Below, piece by piece: positions 9,578 to 22,013 of a stretch of DNA of 64,000 nt. Positions within the stretch are counted from its first letter, which is position 1; the number at the start of each line of letters is the position of its first letter. The notes below the pieces were generated by a model that made no database searches, had not been told where the DNA came from, and saw only the letters and a program-made list of their open reading frames with translations. A program made the position numbers and the translations under genes. The stretch comes from Alphaproteobacteria bacterium (GTDB lineage: Bacteria > Pseudomonadota > Alphaproteobacteria > GCA-2731375): contig CBDDPY010000002.1 in the NCBI GenBank assembly GCA_965232515.1, forward strand, positions 2,720,001 to 2,784,000, in the 5' to 3' direction.

Positions 9578-10999
9578 ATGAGACGGCAGCGGAATACCAA
9601 GATCCTGGCGACGCTCGGACCGGCCAGCAGCGAGCCGCCGGTCATCCGCGCGCTGTTCGACGCCGGCGCGGACGCCTTCCGGCTGAACTTCAGCCATGGC
9701 AGCCATGCCGATCATCGCGCGCGGCTGAAGATCATCCGGGCGCTGGAGCAGGAGACCGGCCGGCCGATATCGGTCGTCGCCGATCTGCAGGGGCCGAAGA
9801 TCCGCATCGGCGAGATCGCCAACGGCGAAACCATGATCGAGGACGGCAAGGCCTATCGCCTCGACCTGGAGGACCTGCCGGGCTGCGACACCCGGGCGCC
9901 GCTGCCGCATCCGGAAGTGTTCGAGGCGCTGAGCGAAGGCACCGAGCTGCTGATCGACGACGGCCGCGTCCGGCTCGAGGTCGAGACCGCGGGCGCCGAC
10001 TTCGCCGATTGCCGGATCATCACCGGCGGCCGTTTGAGCAACCGCAAGGGCGTCAACGTGCCGAACGCGGTGCTGCCAGTCGCCGCGCTGACCGACAAGG
10101 ACCGCGCCGATCTGCGCTTCGCGCTCGACGCCGACGTCGACTGGATCGCCATGAGCTTCATCCAGCGGCCGGACGATATCGCCGAGGCGAAGAAGCTGAT
10201 CGGCGGTCAGGCCGGCGTGATCGCCAAGATCGAAAAGCCGGCCGCGATCGACCGCATCGACGAGATTGTCGACCTGACGGACGCGCTGATGGTGGCGCGG
10301 GGCGATCTAGGCGTCGAGCTGCCGGTCGAGGAAGTGCCGGGCTTGCAGAAACGGCTGGTGCAGTTGTCGCGGCAGGCGGGCAAGCCGGTGATCGTGGCGA
10401 CGCAGATGCTGGAAAGCATGGTGGCGGCGCCGGTGCCGACGCGGGCCGAGGTGTCGGACGTGGCGACGGCGGTCTATGACGGCGCCGACGCGGTGATGCT
10501 GTCGGCCGAGACCGCCGCCGGCGAGCATCCGGTCGAGGCGGTAACAGTGATGAACCGGGTCGCCGAACGGGTGGAAACGGACCCGCTCTACCGCGGCATC
10601 ATGGACGCCGAGCATGCCGATCCCGAGGCGACGGCGGCCGATGCAATCACGGCGGCGGCCAGGCAGGTGGCGGAGACGATCTCGGCCGCGGCCATCGTCA
10701 CCTATACGACATCCGGATCGACCGCCCTGCGGGCGGCCCGGGAGCGGCCGACATCGCCGATCCTGGTCCTGACACCGCGCGTGGCGACGGCGCGAAGGTT
10801 GGCCATTGGCTGGGGCCTGCACTGCGTCGAAACCGAGGACGCGAACGATTTCGCCGACATGATCGACCGCGCCTGCAACGTCGCCCGCGACGAAAACATC
10901 GCCGCGGCGGGCCAGCGCCTGGTCGTTACCGCCGGCGTGCCCTTCGGCACCCCAGGCGCCACCAACGTCCTGCGCATCGCCTGGGTGCCGGCGGGGTAA
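9578..10999 (+). CDS. pyk: Pyruvate kinase
   Basis: TKILATLGPAS, FRLNFSHG, DLQGPKIR, AKIEKP, MVARGDLGVE, ATQMLESM, PTRAEVSDVA, DAVMLSAE. Confidence 0.97.
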   Translation: MRRQRNTKILATLGPASSEPPVIRALFDAGADAFRLNFSHGSHADHRARLKIIRALEQETGRPISVVADLQGPKIRIGEIANGETMIEDGKAYRLDLEDLPGCDTRAPLPHPEVFEALSEGTELLIDDGRVRLEVETAGADFADCRIITGGRLSNRKGVNVPNAVLPVAALTDKDRADLRFALDADVDWIAMSFIQRPDDIAEAKKLIGGQAGVIAKIEKPAAIDRIDEIVDLTDALMVARGDLGVELPVEEVPGLQKRLVQLSRQAGKPVIVATQMLESMVAAPVPTRAEVSDVATAVYDGADAVMLSAETAAGEHPVEAVTVMNRVAERVETDPLYRGIMDAEHADPEATAADAITAAARQVAETISAAAIVTYTTSGSTALRAARERPTSPILVLTPRVATARRLAIGWGLHCVETEDANDFADMIDRACNVARDENIAAAGQRLVVTAGVPFGTPGATNVLRIAWVPAG

Positions 11000-11024
11000 C
11001 AAGCACTCAAGCTCGCCCATGAGA

Positions 11025-11198
11025 CCCCCTCTCCCGCTAGCGGGAGAGGGAGGGACCCGCGCGACATCAGTCGCGTGGGAGGGTGAGGGCAATGCGGGAG
11101 GACACGCCGGTTGCGAATGCAGCCAAGCGCGCTTCGCGCGGTGCCCCCCTCACCCTACCCTCTCCCCCCAAACCGCAAGCGGTTTGGGGGGAGAGGGA
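11025..11198. repeat. Palindromic intergenic repeat (RIME/CIR-like MITE)
   Basis: Hairpin CCCTCTCCCGC-TA-GCGGGAGAGGG (11027-11050); GGGTGAGGG/CCCTCACCC inverted pair; terminal hairpin CCCTCTCCCCCCAAACCGC-AA-GCGGTTTGGGGGGAGAGGG; lies between convergent pyk and livK. Confidence 0.75.
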
Positions 11199-11280
11199 AA
11201 TAATGGTAGTGCCCAGCTTTGGTTTGGAAGTTCTTGGATCGAGACGTGCGAATGGACAAGTGTCCAAGCACCGCAGTCGA

Positions 11281-11318
11281 TAATAATAAAACGGCCCGGC
11301 CGAGGTGGCCGGGCCGTT
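11281..11318 (-). terminator. Rho-independent terminator of livK
   Basis: AACGGCCCGGCC-ACCTC-GGCCGGGCCGTT followed by TTATTATT on minus strand. Confidence 0.75.
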
Positions 11319-11344
11319 CGGTTCGGAACGCGTTTTGACGCGGC

Positions 11345-12448
11345 CTAGTTCAGGTAGTCGTAGCTGCCGTTCTTCCACTCGTAGAAGACATAGCCCGGCA
11401 GGGTCACGTCGCCCTTGTCATCGAAGCTGAGCGAGCCGAGCACGGTGTCGAACTCGCCGCTGTTCATGGCCTTGATGACCTTGTCCAGATCGGTCGAGCC
11501 GGCCTTCTCGGCGGCCTGGGCGAAGACCTGCACCGCGGCGTAGGTGTAGAGCACATAACCTTCCGGCTCGATGCCCTTGTCGCGGAACGCCTTGACGATC
11601 GGCGCGGCCTTGGGGTTCTTGCGCGGGTCCGGGCTGAAGGTCATCAGCGTGCCCTCGCCGGCGGCACCGGTGATCGACCAGTACTCGTCGGTGACGAGCG
11701 CATCGCCGGAGACCAGAAGCGTCTTCATGCCCTGGTCGCGCATCTGGCGCACCATCAGGCCGGCCTCGGTGTGGTAGCCGCCCACATAGAGCACGTCGAT
11801 GCTGTTCTGCTTGAGCTTGGAGACCAGCGCCGAGTAGTCCTTCTCGCCGGCGGTGTAGGCCTCGTAAAGCTTCTCCTTCAGGCCAGCGGCGTTCATCGCC
11901 TTCTTGGTCTCGTCGGCCAGGCCCTTGCCGTAGGCAGTCTTGTCGTGCACGACGGCGACGTTCTTGCCGGCGAACTGCTTGGCCAGGAAGCCACCGGCCA
12001 CCAGGCCCTGCTGGTCATCGCGGCCGCAGACGCGGAAGACGTTGTCGCCGCCCTCGTCGGTGAACTTCGGATTGGTCGAGGCCGGCGAGATCTGCAGGAT
12101 GCCTTCTTCCTCGTAGACCTTGGAGGCCGGGATCGACGAGCCCGAGCAGAAGTGGCCGGCCATGAACACGACGTCGTTGCCGACCATTTCGTTGGCCACC
12201 GCGACCGCCTGCTTCGGATCGCAGGCATCGTCGCCGATCGACAGGCTGAGCTTCTGGCCCAGCACGCCGCCGGCGGCGTTGATGTCGGCCACGGCCTGCT
12301 CGGCGCCGGCCTTCATCTGCTGGCCGAAGCTGGCGTACTGGCCGGTCATCGGGCCGGCCGTGGCGATGGCGATCTCGGCCTTCGCCGGCATCGCGCCGAG
12401 CATTGCTACCGCGCTGGCGGCGAGCAGAACTGACGAAATACGTTTCAT
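11345..12448 (-). CDS. livK: Branched-chain amino acid ABC transporter substrate-binding protein
   Basis: Signal peptide, AGPMTGQYASFG, DDACDPKQAVAVAN, GHFCSGSS, RVCGRDDQQG, HDKTAYGKGLAD. Confidence 0.93.
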   Translation of the reverse strand: MKRISSVLLAASAVAMLGAMPAKAEIAIATAGPMTGQYASFGQQMKAGAEQAVADINAAGGVLGQKLSLSIGDDACDPKQAVAVANEMVGNDVVFMAGHFCSGSSIPASKVYEEEGILQISPASTNPKFTDEGGDNVFRVCGRDDQQGLVAGGFLAKQFAGKNVAVVHDKTAYGKGLADETKKAMNAAGLKEKLYEAYTAGEKDYSALVSKLKQNSIDVLYVGGYHTEAGLMVRQMRDQGMKTLLVSGDALVTDEYWSITGAAGEGTLMTFSPDPRKNPKAAPIVKAFRDKGIEPEGYVLYTYAAVQVFAQAAEKAGSTDLDKVIKAMNSGEFDTVLGSLSFDDKGDVTLPGYVFYEWKNGSYDYLN

Positions 12449-12538
12449 CGTTGTGTGGTCTCCCTCTTGCGCCCCGCCGCCGATAGATGGCTCGCGGGAT
12501 CTGTCGTTGACGTGTAAGCAAACTTCAAAATTGCCGTT

Positions 12539-12567
12539 ACCTTAGGTGCAGCGTTTCACGACTGCAA
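12539..12567 (-). promoter_or_regulatory. Internal sigma70-type promoter for livK
   Basis: Minus strand TTGCAG-N17-TAAGGT, overlapped by TGCAG-N10-CTGCA dyad. Confidence 0.5.
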
Positions 12568-12588
12568 CGGATTCGATCAATCATTCCC

Positions 12589-12608
12589 AAAGGTTAACGT
12601 TAATCTTT
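12589..12608. promoter_or_regulatory. 20-bp palindrome, candidate transcription-factor site upstream of livK
   Basis: AAAGGTTAAC|GTTAATCTTT, one mismatch, AT-rich in high-GC background. Confidence 0.5.
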
Positions 12609-12625
12609 TTGGGCCTCTGGGCCGT

Positions 12626-12700
12626 GGCTCGACCCGTCCCTCTCCCCCACCCGACCACCCATCAAGCATACTTCCGTGGGGGAGTGGGATGGGTCGAGCC
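12626..12700. repeat. Long-stem inverted repeat element
   Basis: 25-bp arms GGCTCGACCCGTCCCTCTCCCCCAC / GTGGGGGAGTGGGATGGGTCGAGCC, 2 mismatches, 25-nt loop. Confidence 0.7.
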
Positions 12701-12715
12701 CAGTGCCAACTGGCG

Positions 12716-13062
12716 CTAGTCCTGATGCCGCTTTTCGCGCCAGCCGAACAGGCCGTTCGGCTCGTAGAGCCAGGGATATTGCGCGACCATGTTGTGGGCA
12801 AGCGTTAGACGGTAGCCGATGAGAGCGATAGCAATGATGACGGCGGTGTCGACGAGATAGCCGGTCAGCGACAGCAGATCGCCGCCGAACAGCGCGTAGA
12901 TAATGAAACGGTCGGCAAAGCCCAATAGCGCACCGTAAATGAAGGACTGCCAGACCGGCCGCCAGCCGCGGGCGAGCGCCTGGCCCATCAGAAAACCGGC
13001 GCCGCCCGCCAAAATCAGCGTGATGCCGATGAAGGTGCCAAGGCCATTGCCGAGAAGCTCGC

Positions 13063-13066
<4 letters not shown>
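12716..13066 (-). CDS. Small membrane protein of liv operons (DUF6867-like)
   Basis: 3 TM helices, GQALARGWRP, MVAQYPWLYE..GLFGWRE; coupled to livF. Confidence 0.8.
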
Positions 13067-13778
<712 letters not shown>

Positions 13779-13782
<4 letters not shown>

Positions 13783-14686
13783 GCGCGCCCTCCCGCATCG
13801 TCGCCGCCGGTCGATCCCTGCTCCAGCGCCAGGTCCTGCGCCACCTCCGGCGGCAGCTCTTCGTCTTCCTCCTCGCCAAGATAGGCGCGGATCACGTTCG
13901 GATCGTTGCGCACGGCCTCGGGAGACCCGTCGGCGATCTTGCGGCCGTAGTCGAGCACGATGATGTGGTCGGAAATGCCCATGACCACGCTCATGTCATG
14001 CTCGATCAGCAGCACGCCGATACGGTGCTCGTTGCGGATGAACAACAGCAGTTCGTTGAGCTCGGCCGACTCGCGATGGTTCAGACCGGCCGCCGGCTCG
14101 TCGAGGCAGAGCAGCACCGGCTCGGTGCACATGGCGCGCGCGATCTCCAAGCGCCGCTGGTCGCCGTAGGGCAGGTCGCCGGCATTGTCGTCGGCGCGGG
14201 CCGTCAGGTTGACGTGCTCCAGCCAGTAACGCGCGAGCTCGACCGCGTCCTGCTCCGCATGCCGATAGACGCCGAGGCCGAACAGGCCGGCGAACGTATA
14301 GCCGGATGCCCGCATCAGCTTGTTGTGCTGGGCCACCACGAGGTTCTCCAGCACCGACATGGCCGGGAACAGGCGGATGTTCTGGAATGTCCGCGCCACC
14401 TTGGCCTGCTGCGCGATGCGAAAGTCATCCATGCGCTCCAGCAGGAAGCCGCCCGACGCGGCCGTCAGCGTCAGCCGTCCAGAGGTCGGTTTGTAGAAGC
14501 CGGTCAGACAATTGAACACGGTCGTCTTGCCGGCGCCGTTCGGGCCGATGATGGCGGTGATTTCGCCGTCGGCGGCGTCGAACGAGACGTCGTCGATGGC
14601 GATCAGGCCGCCAAACCGCATCGTCAGGTGCTCGACCGCCAGCAGTGAGCGGGCGGCCGCGGCCGGCGGAGCGTCGGCGGCGGTGC

Positions 14687-14690
<4 letters not shown>
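13779..14690 (-). CDS. livG: Branched-chain amino acid ABC transporter ATP-binding protein
   Basis: [52 protein letters not shown]. Confidence 0.95.
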
Positions 14691-16018
<1,328 letters not shown>

Positions 16019-16021
16019 GGA

Positions 16022-16939
<918 letters not shown>

Positions 16940-17162
16940 GTCGTCTGCCCGACGAAGCCACTGCTCGATCGCCCGCTTGCCGCGGGTCTGCGGTTCGCCG
17001 TCCAACCCCCAAGGCATTGTGCGGACGGCTCGCCGAGGTCGAGCAATACCACGTTCGCGCGCGCCTTCAAGTCTATTCTGACTCAACCATGTCGGCGATA
17101 TGGACCTGTCGGTCTATAATCGCCGCCAATCGGACAACCCGATCGACATGGGAGAAACGGGC

Positions 17163-17888
17163 ATGAGCAAGAAGGTCGCATTGGTCGTTGGCGCCGGCGA
17201 CGCGCTGGGCGGGGCGGTGGCCCGGCGCTTCGCGCGCGAGGGTTTCGAGGTCTGCATCACCCGGCGCAAGGCCGAGGCGCTGAGCGATCTTCGCGCCGAG
17301 ATCGAGGCCGATGGCGGTGTCGCGCATGCCTTCGGGTCTGATGCGCGCAAGGAGGAACAGGCGATCGAGCTGGTGGAGCGCATCGAACGCGATATCGGGC
17401 CGATCGAGGTCGCGGTCTACAACGTCGGCGGCAACGTGCGCTTCTCGATCCTGGAGACAACCACACGGGTCTATTACAAGGTCTGGGAGATGGCGGCGTT
17501 CGGCGGCTTTCTGATGGGCCGGGAGGTCGCCAAGCGCATGGTGCCGCGCGAACGGGGCACTGTTCTGTTCACCGGCGCCACGGCCAGCATGCGCGGCGGC
17601 GACGGCTATGCCGCCTTTGCCGGCGGCAAGCACGCCCTTAGAGCGCTGGCGCAGAGCATGGCCCGCGAGCTGGCGCCGAAGGGCATTCACGTCGCCCATA
17701 TCGTGATCGACGGCGCCATCGACACCAAATGGATCGAAGAGATGTTCCCCGAGCGTTACGCGATGAAGGACCAGGACGGCATCCTGAACCCCGACGCCAT
17801 CGCCGAGAACTATTGGATGCTGCATCAGCAGCCCCGCACGGCCTGGACGCACGAGCTGGACCTGCGGCCCTGGCTCGAGAAATGGTGA
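17163..17888 (+). CDS. SDR family oxidoreductase
   Basis: VVGAGDALGGAVARRFA, FTGATASMRG, AQSMARELAPKGIHVAH, AWTHELDLRP. Confidence 0.9.
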   Translation: MSKKVALVVGAGDALGGAVARRFAREGFEVCITRRKAEALSDLRAEIEADGGVAHAFGSDARKEEQAIELVERIERDIGPIEVAVYNVGGNVRFSILETTTRVYYKVWEMAAFGGFLMGREVAKRMVPRERGTVLFTGATASMRGGDGYAAFAGGKHALRALAQSMARELAPKGIHVAHIVIDGAIDTKWIEEMFPERYAMKDQDGILNPDAIAENYWMLHQQPRTAWTHELDLRPWLEKW

Positions 17889-17992
17889 GGCCTGGCCGGG
17901 TCGATCCGCGTTAGGGTCGGCACTTAGGCTACCGGTTGGTCGTCAGTGCACTCGATCCGGTGTCGTATTCGAACTGAGGGGGGTCATACAGT

Positions 17993-18670
17993 TTGGGGTT
18001 TATCTATTTCGACAAAAGCGAAAAGAGTGTCCATGCTTTTGTAGGGCGATCCAAAATTCTTGGAATCCCATTCACGTCATTTGTGTTTCTATTTTCATGT
18101 TTCTGTCAAATTGGATGGTCGTTACTATATTTGTTTTTTGGCATCAATCTTGATGAAGTAAATATTGACATCGTCGTCCCTTTTTCGGTTTATGTCGTGA
18201 ATTCGATGAGTTTTTATTTTGTTTCACTGGCAGTCCTTTATGTTTGCATGCTGATTTTCATATATTTAACACTAAGCAGATTGGTCAAAACCCGTGCGGT
18301 CATGTTTTCAGAGTACGGGAACTTTCATCGAATGAATCCGAGAAATAGGGGAATGAATCGAAAAAATAAGGAAAATGATTGGATCGAATCAAGAAAATAT
18401 CTTGAATTCCACTATCGATATTATAAATTTTACATTTTTGTTTGCTTTTTTTTGATTATTTTCCCGCTGTCAAAAGAATACAATCCCGTATCTTACTACT
18501 TGTATGAAGATGTTGAAATGATGATGAGAGAACTTTCATCGACATACAAGAGCTACACGACATTTCTCTTTGAGATAAACAAAATAATGCTCATTCCTAC
18601 GCTCGGCATACCTTTTGTGTTTTCGCTCATATTGAGATTGGTTTTGACAAGGTTCGAAGAGAAACGGTGA
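17993..18670 (+). CDS. AT-rich hypothetical membrane protein (likely horizontally acquired)
   Basis: 225-codon open frame in strongly AT-rich DNA, about 4 F/I/L/Y-rich hydrophobic segments and a basic loop; TTG start after GAGGGGGG. Confidence 0.65.
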   Translation: MGFIYFDKSEKSVHAFVGRSKILGIPFTSFVFLFSCFCQIGWSLLYLFFGINLDEVNIDIVVPFSVYVVNSMSFYFVSLAVLYVCMLIFIYLTLSRLVKTRAVMFSEYGNFHRMNPRNRGMNRKNKENDWIESRKYLEFHYRYYKFYIFVCFFLIIFPLSKEYNPVSYYLYEDVEMMMRELSSTYKSYTTFLFEINKIMLIPTLGIPFVFSLILRLVLTRFEEKR

Positions 18671-18880
18671 GTCAATTCAGCAGCTCGAGTCTGACGGGCG
18701 CACCGGCGCGGCCTTCCGAGGACAGCCAGACTTCCCCGATCGGCGCCCTGACGTGATGGCAAACCGCAATTCAGCGTTACGGGCCGAGACAGGTTGCTTA
18801 GAATGACCCCCGCCGAGACCAAGCGCCGTGCACGTGGCACCGAACGCTTAGTTGAATGAACCATGATCTGGGAGCGGGGC

Positions 18881-19468
18881 ATGACCAAATCCGTGGAGTT
18901 TCTGTTCGATTTCGGCAGTCCGAACGCGTATCTGGCCTATACGCAGCTGCCGGGTATTGCCGCGCGCACCGGCGCCGAGCTGATCTGGACGCCGATGCTG
19001 CTGGGCGGCGTGTTCAAGGCGACGGGGAACCGCTCACCGGCCGAGATCCCGGCCAAGGGCGCCTACATGGGCATCGACGGCGCCCGGTTCGTGAAACGCT
19101 ATGGCGTGCCGTTCCAGCGCAACCCCCATTTCCCCGTCAACACGCTGGCGATGATGCGCGGCGCCGTGTCGTACCAGATGGACGGCGATTTCGACGGCTA
19201 TGTGAAGGCGATGTTCGAGGCCATGTGGGTCGAGCCGCGCAACCTGAACGAACCGACGGAGTTGGGGGCAGCCCTGCAGGCGGCCGGGTTCGCGCCCGAG
19301 GACTTCATGGACCGGATCGGCCGGCAGGAAGTCAAGGACAAGCTGATGGCGAATACGCAAGCCGCGGTCGAGCGCGGCGTCTTCGGCGCGCCGACCATGT
19401 TCGTCGGCGACGAGATCTTCTTCGGTCAGGACCGGCTGGATTTCGTCGAGGAGGCGCTGGCCGCCTGA
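18881..19468 (+). CDS. 2-hydroxychromene-2-carboxylate isomerase / GST-kappa (DsbA-like) family
   Basis: VEFLFDFGSPNAYLA, LLGGVFKATGN, FPVNTL, RGVFGAPTMFV..FFGQDRL. Confidence 0.9.
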   Translation: MTKSVEFLFDFGSPNAYLAYTQLPGIAARTGAELIWTPMLLGGVFKATGNRSPAEIPAKGAYMGIDGARFVKRYGVPFQRNPHFPVNTLAMMRGAVSYQMDGDFDGYVKAMFEAMWVEPRNLNEPTELGAALQAAGFAPEDFMDRIGRQEVKDKLMANTQAAVERGVFGAPTMFVGDEIFFGQDRLDFVEEALAA

Positions 19469-19475
19469 TCGTCGC

Positions 19476-20132
19476 TCAGCCTTCCCTCGTCGCCGACGGC
19501 AGGGGATCGCCGGGGGACCAACCGTCGAGCCAGACGGTGAGCGGGACGACGGCGGCGGGCTTGGCGTTTTCGTAAAACCAGGAATCGAGCGCGTAGGTGC
19601 CGCCGCCGGCACGCTCGACGATGACGGCGGTCTGGTGCGGCCAGCGGTCGATCAAATAGCCGCGGGCGGCCGGCCCGGCCACATCGTGCCAGCGCAGCAG
19701 CCCCTCGCCTTCCAGCATTAGCAGCAGCGTCGTGGTGTTGACGGACTCGTCGACGCAGTCGAGCTGGCCCGGCCGATGGCCGTTGACGAACCAGCCGTCG
19801 ATGCCGCCGTCGTTCTGGGTGCCGGCCTGTACCGACGCGTGGCGTTCGTAGATGGCGACCGCCTGAGACAGCAGCCGGCGTTCGGCCTCGGCGTCAGGCG
19901 CCGGTGCGGACATTAGATCGCGGATCTCGCGCCATGGCCCGCCGTCGAGAGACACTTGCGTCGACTCCCGGCAACCATGACCGAAGCAGTATTTGAACGA
20001 TTGCGGCGCCGGATCGGCGATGCCGTACTGGGCGACGTAGCCGACCGGCGTGTCCGGCAGGCGGTTGCCGCAGGCCGGCAGCAGCCCGGCAGCCAGAACC
20101 ATCAAGCCAATCCTCGCAAACAGCCGATACAT
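19476..20132 (-). CDS. Predicted lipoprotein with putative Cys-His-Asp (transglutaminase/papain-like) triad
   Basis: Lipobox LLPAC; CFGHGC; QLDCVDES.NTT, WPHQTAVI, YALDSWF. Confidence 0.7.
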   Translation of the reverse strand: MYRLFARIGLMVLAAGLLPACGNRLPDTPVGYVAQYGIADPAPQSFKYCFGHGCRESTQVSLDGGPWREIRDLMSAPAPDAEAERRLLSQAVAIYERHASVQAGTQNDGGIDGWFVNGHRPGQLDCVDESVNTTTLLLMLEGEGLLRWHDVAGPAARGYLIDRWPHQTAVIVERAGGGTYALDSWFYENAKPAAVVPLTVWLDGWSPGDPLPSATREG

Positions 20133-20227
20133 TGAAGCAAAGACACCCGAAATTGCCGATTTCAAGCCAATTTGGCCGAGAACTGTAACCGGCCGGTAAA
20201 CAAAAGCAATCGGCCCGACGTGCACGA

Positions 20228-21058
20228 CTACGTGATCGCGCGGACCCGTTCGCGGAGCGATATGAAGACGCCGCTGGCGACGATCACGGCGATGCCGAAC
20301 CAGGACCAGGCGTCGGGGAAGTCGCCGAAGACGACATAGCCGAAGATGGCGGCGATGACGATCTGGCTGTAGCCGAAGGGGGCGAGCTGCGAGGCCAGCG
20401 CGTGGTCGAACGAGCGGATCAGCAGGAAGTGCGAGGTGGCCGCGATCAGCCCCATGGCCAGCATCAGCAGCAGCGCGTCCGCCGTCAGGGGCAGCCAGAC
20501 GAAGGGTTGCACCGCCGTGGTGACGACGACGCCGACGAGCGCCGTGTAGGTGAGCGTCACGATGGGCGGGGCGTTGCCGGCGAGCCGTCGGGTGGCGATC
20601 AGATAGAGCGCGTAGAGCACGCCGGAGCCGAGCGCGAAGATAGCGCCCCAGCCGAAAATGCCGGCGCCCGGCCGGATCACGATCAGCGCGCCGACCGCGC
20701 CGACGATGACCGCGAGCCAGCGGCGAAGCCCGACCCGCTCGGCCAGCAGGAACGGCGCGCAGACGGTGACGACCAGCGGGAAGATGAAGAACAGCGCCAG
20801 CGTTTCGGCCATCGGCAGCAGCGACAGGGCGAAATAGAACAGCACGGTATCGCCCAGCAGCAGCCCGCCGCGCATCACCTGCAGGCCGGGCTCGCGCGGC
20901 CAGAGGGCGCGTATTCCGTAGAGCCAGAGGGCGACGGGCAGCAGCGCGGCCAAATGCACGACATAGCGGCCCCAGACGACCTGCGGCACGGGATAGCTGA
21001 CGCTCAGATACTTGGCGATACCGTCATAGACCGGCATCAGCAGCATCGCGCCCAACAT
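20228..21058 (-). CDS. DMT/EamA family transporter
   Basis: Hydrophobic repeats, LLAERVGLRRW, VIRPG, LAPFGYSQIV, FGDFPD; start uncertain. Confidence 0.85.
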   Translation of the reverse strand: MLGAMLLMPVYDGIAKYLSVSYPVPQVVWGRYVVHLAALLPVALWLYGIRALWPREPGLQVMRGGLLLGDTVLFYFALSLLPMAETLALFFIFPLVVTVCAPFLLAERVGLRRWLAVIVGAVGALIVIRPGAGIFGWGAIFALGSGVLYALYLIATRRLAGNAPPIVTLTYTALVGVVVTTAVQPFVWLPLTADALLLMLAMGLIAATSHFLLIRSFDHALASQLAPFGYSQIVIAAIFGYVVFGDFPDAWSWFGIAVIVASGVFISLRERVRAIT

Positions 21059-21083
21059 GAGCGCGATGCCGAGCGTCGGGCGC

Positions 21084-21857
21084 TCAGAAGCCGATATGGA
21101 AGCCTCCGTCGATCGACAGATGCTGGCCGGTGATGTAGGAGGCCGCGTCCGACAGCAGGAAGCAGACCGGCCGCGCCACCTCGTCCGGCGTCGAGAACCG
21201 GCCCATGGGCACCTGCGCCAGATAGCGGTCGCGGAACTTCTCGCCGCGGATGGTCTCGGTCATGGGCGTGGCGACGACGCCGAAACAGACGCTGTTGACG
21301 GTGATGCCGTGGCCTGCCCATTCGCGCGCCGCGCTCATGGTGATGCCGAGCACGCCCGACTTGGCGGCGCCGTAGTTGATCTGGCCGATGGTGCCGCGCC
21401 GGCCGGCGTCCGAGGAAACGTTGACGATGCGGCCGGGATCGCTCTCGCCGTCCTTGGCGCGCTCGAGCATGTGGCGGCCGACCGCCTGCAGGCAGAGGAA
21501 CACGCCGGTCAGGTTGACATCGATCACCTCCTGCCATTGCGCGACCGGCATCTTGTCGATCATCGCCGGACGGATGATGCCGGCATTGTTGACGAGGCCG
21601 TGGATGCCATCGAAGGCGTTGGCGATGTCGGCGACCATGTCCTGGACGAAGCCGGCCTCGGCGACGTTGCCGACATAGGCCCGTGCCCGGTCGGGCCCGA
21701 GCGTGGCGGCGAGATCCTGGACCGCCTCGCCGTTCATGTCGGCGACGGCGACGCGGCCGCCCAGCTCGACACAGAGTTCAGCCACGGCCCGGCCGATGCC
21801 CTGGGCGGCGCCCGTCACCAGGATCGTGCGGTTCTCGAGGCTCATCGGGTTCGACAT
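21084..21857 (-). CDS. SDR family oxidoreductase (FabG-like)
   Basis: VTGAAQGIG, LVNNAGI, NVSS, YGAAK; start at MSNPMSL after GGAGA. Confidence 0.9.
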   Translation of the reverse strand: MSNPMSLENRTILVTGAAQGIGRAVAELCVELGGRVAVADMNGEAVQDLAATLGPDRARAYVGNVAEAGFVQDMVADIANAFDGIHGLVNNAGIIRPAMIDKMPVAQWQEVIDVNLTGVFLCLQAVGRHMLERAKDGESDPGRIVNVSSDAGRRGTIGQINYGAAKSGVLGITMSAAREWAGHGITVNSVCFGVVATPMTETIRGEKFRDRYLAQVPMGRFSTPDEVARPVCFLLSDAASYITGQHLSIDGGFHIGF

Positions 21858-22013
21858 GTCGGCATTCTCCCTATCCGGCTCTCTATGCATTGGCCGGTAA
21901 GATAGCAGCGGTTCGCGTCCCGGTTGACAGGAATGAAGTTGGGCCGTGCCGGGCCTTGCGCTAACCTTGCGCAGCGCCGCAGGGGGCCGCTCGACCAAGA
22001 GACAGGGGACGCC

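Noticed and set aside
11019-11378. Small ORFs in the pyk-livK gap
   Set aside because: Translations of the palindromic repeat element and terminator.
17979-18811. 9-bp inverted repeat GGGGGTCAT/ATGACCCCC flanking the AT-rich gene as transposon ends
   Set aside because: Too short, does not extend, no target-site duplication or transposase; may be chance.
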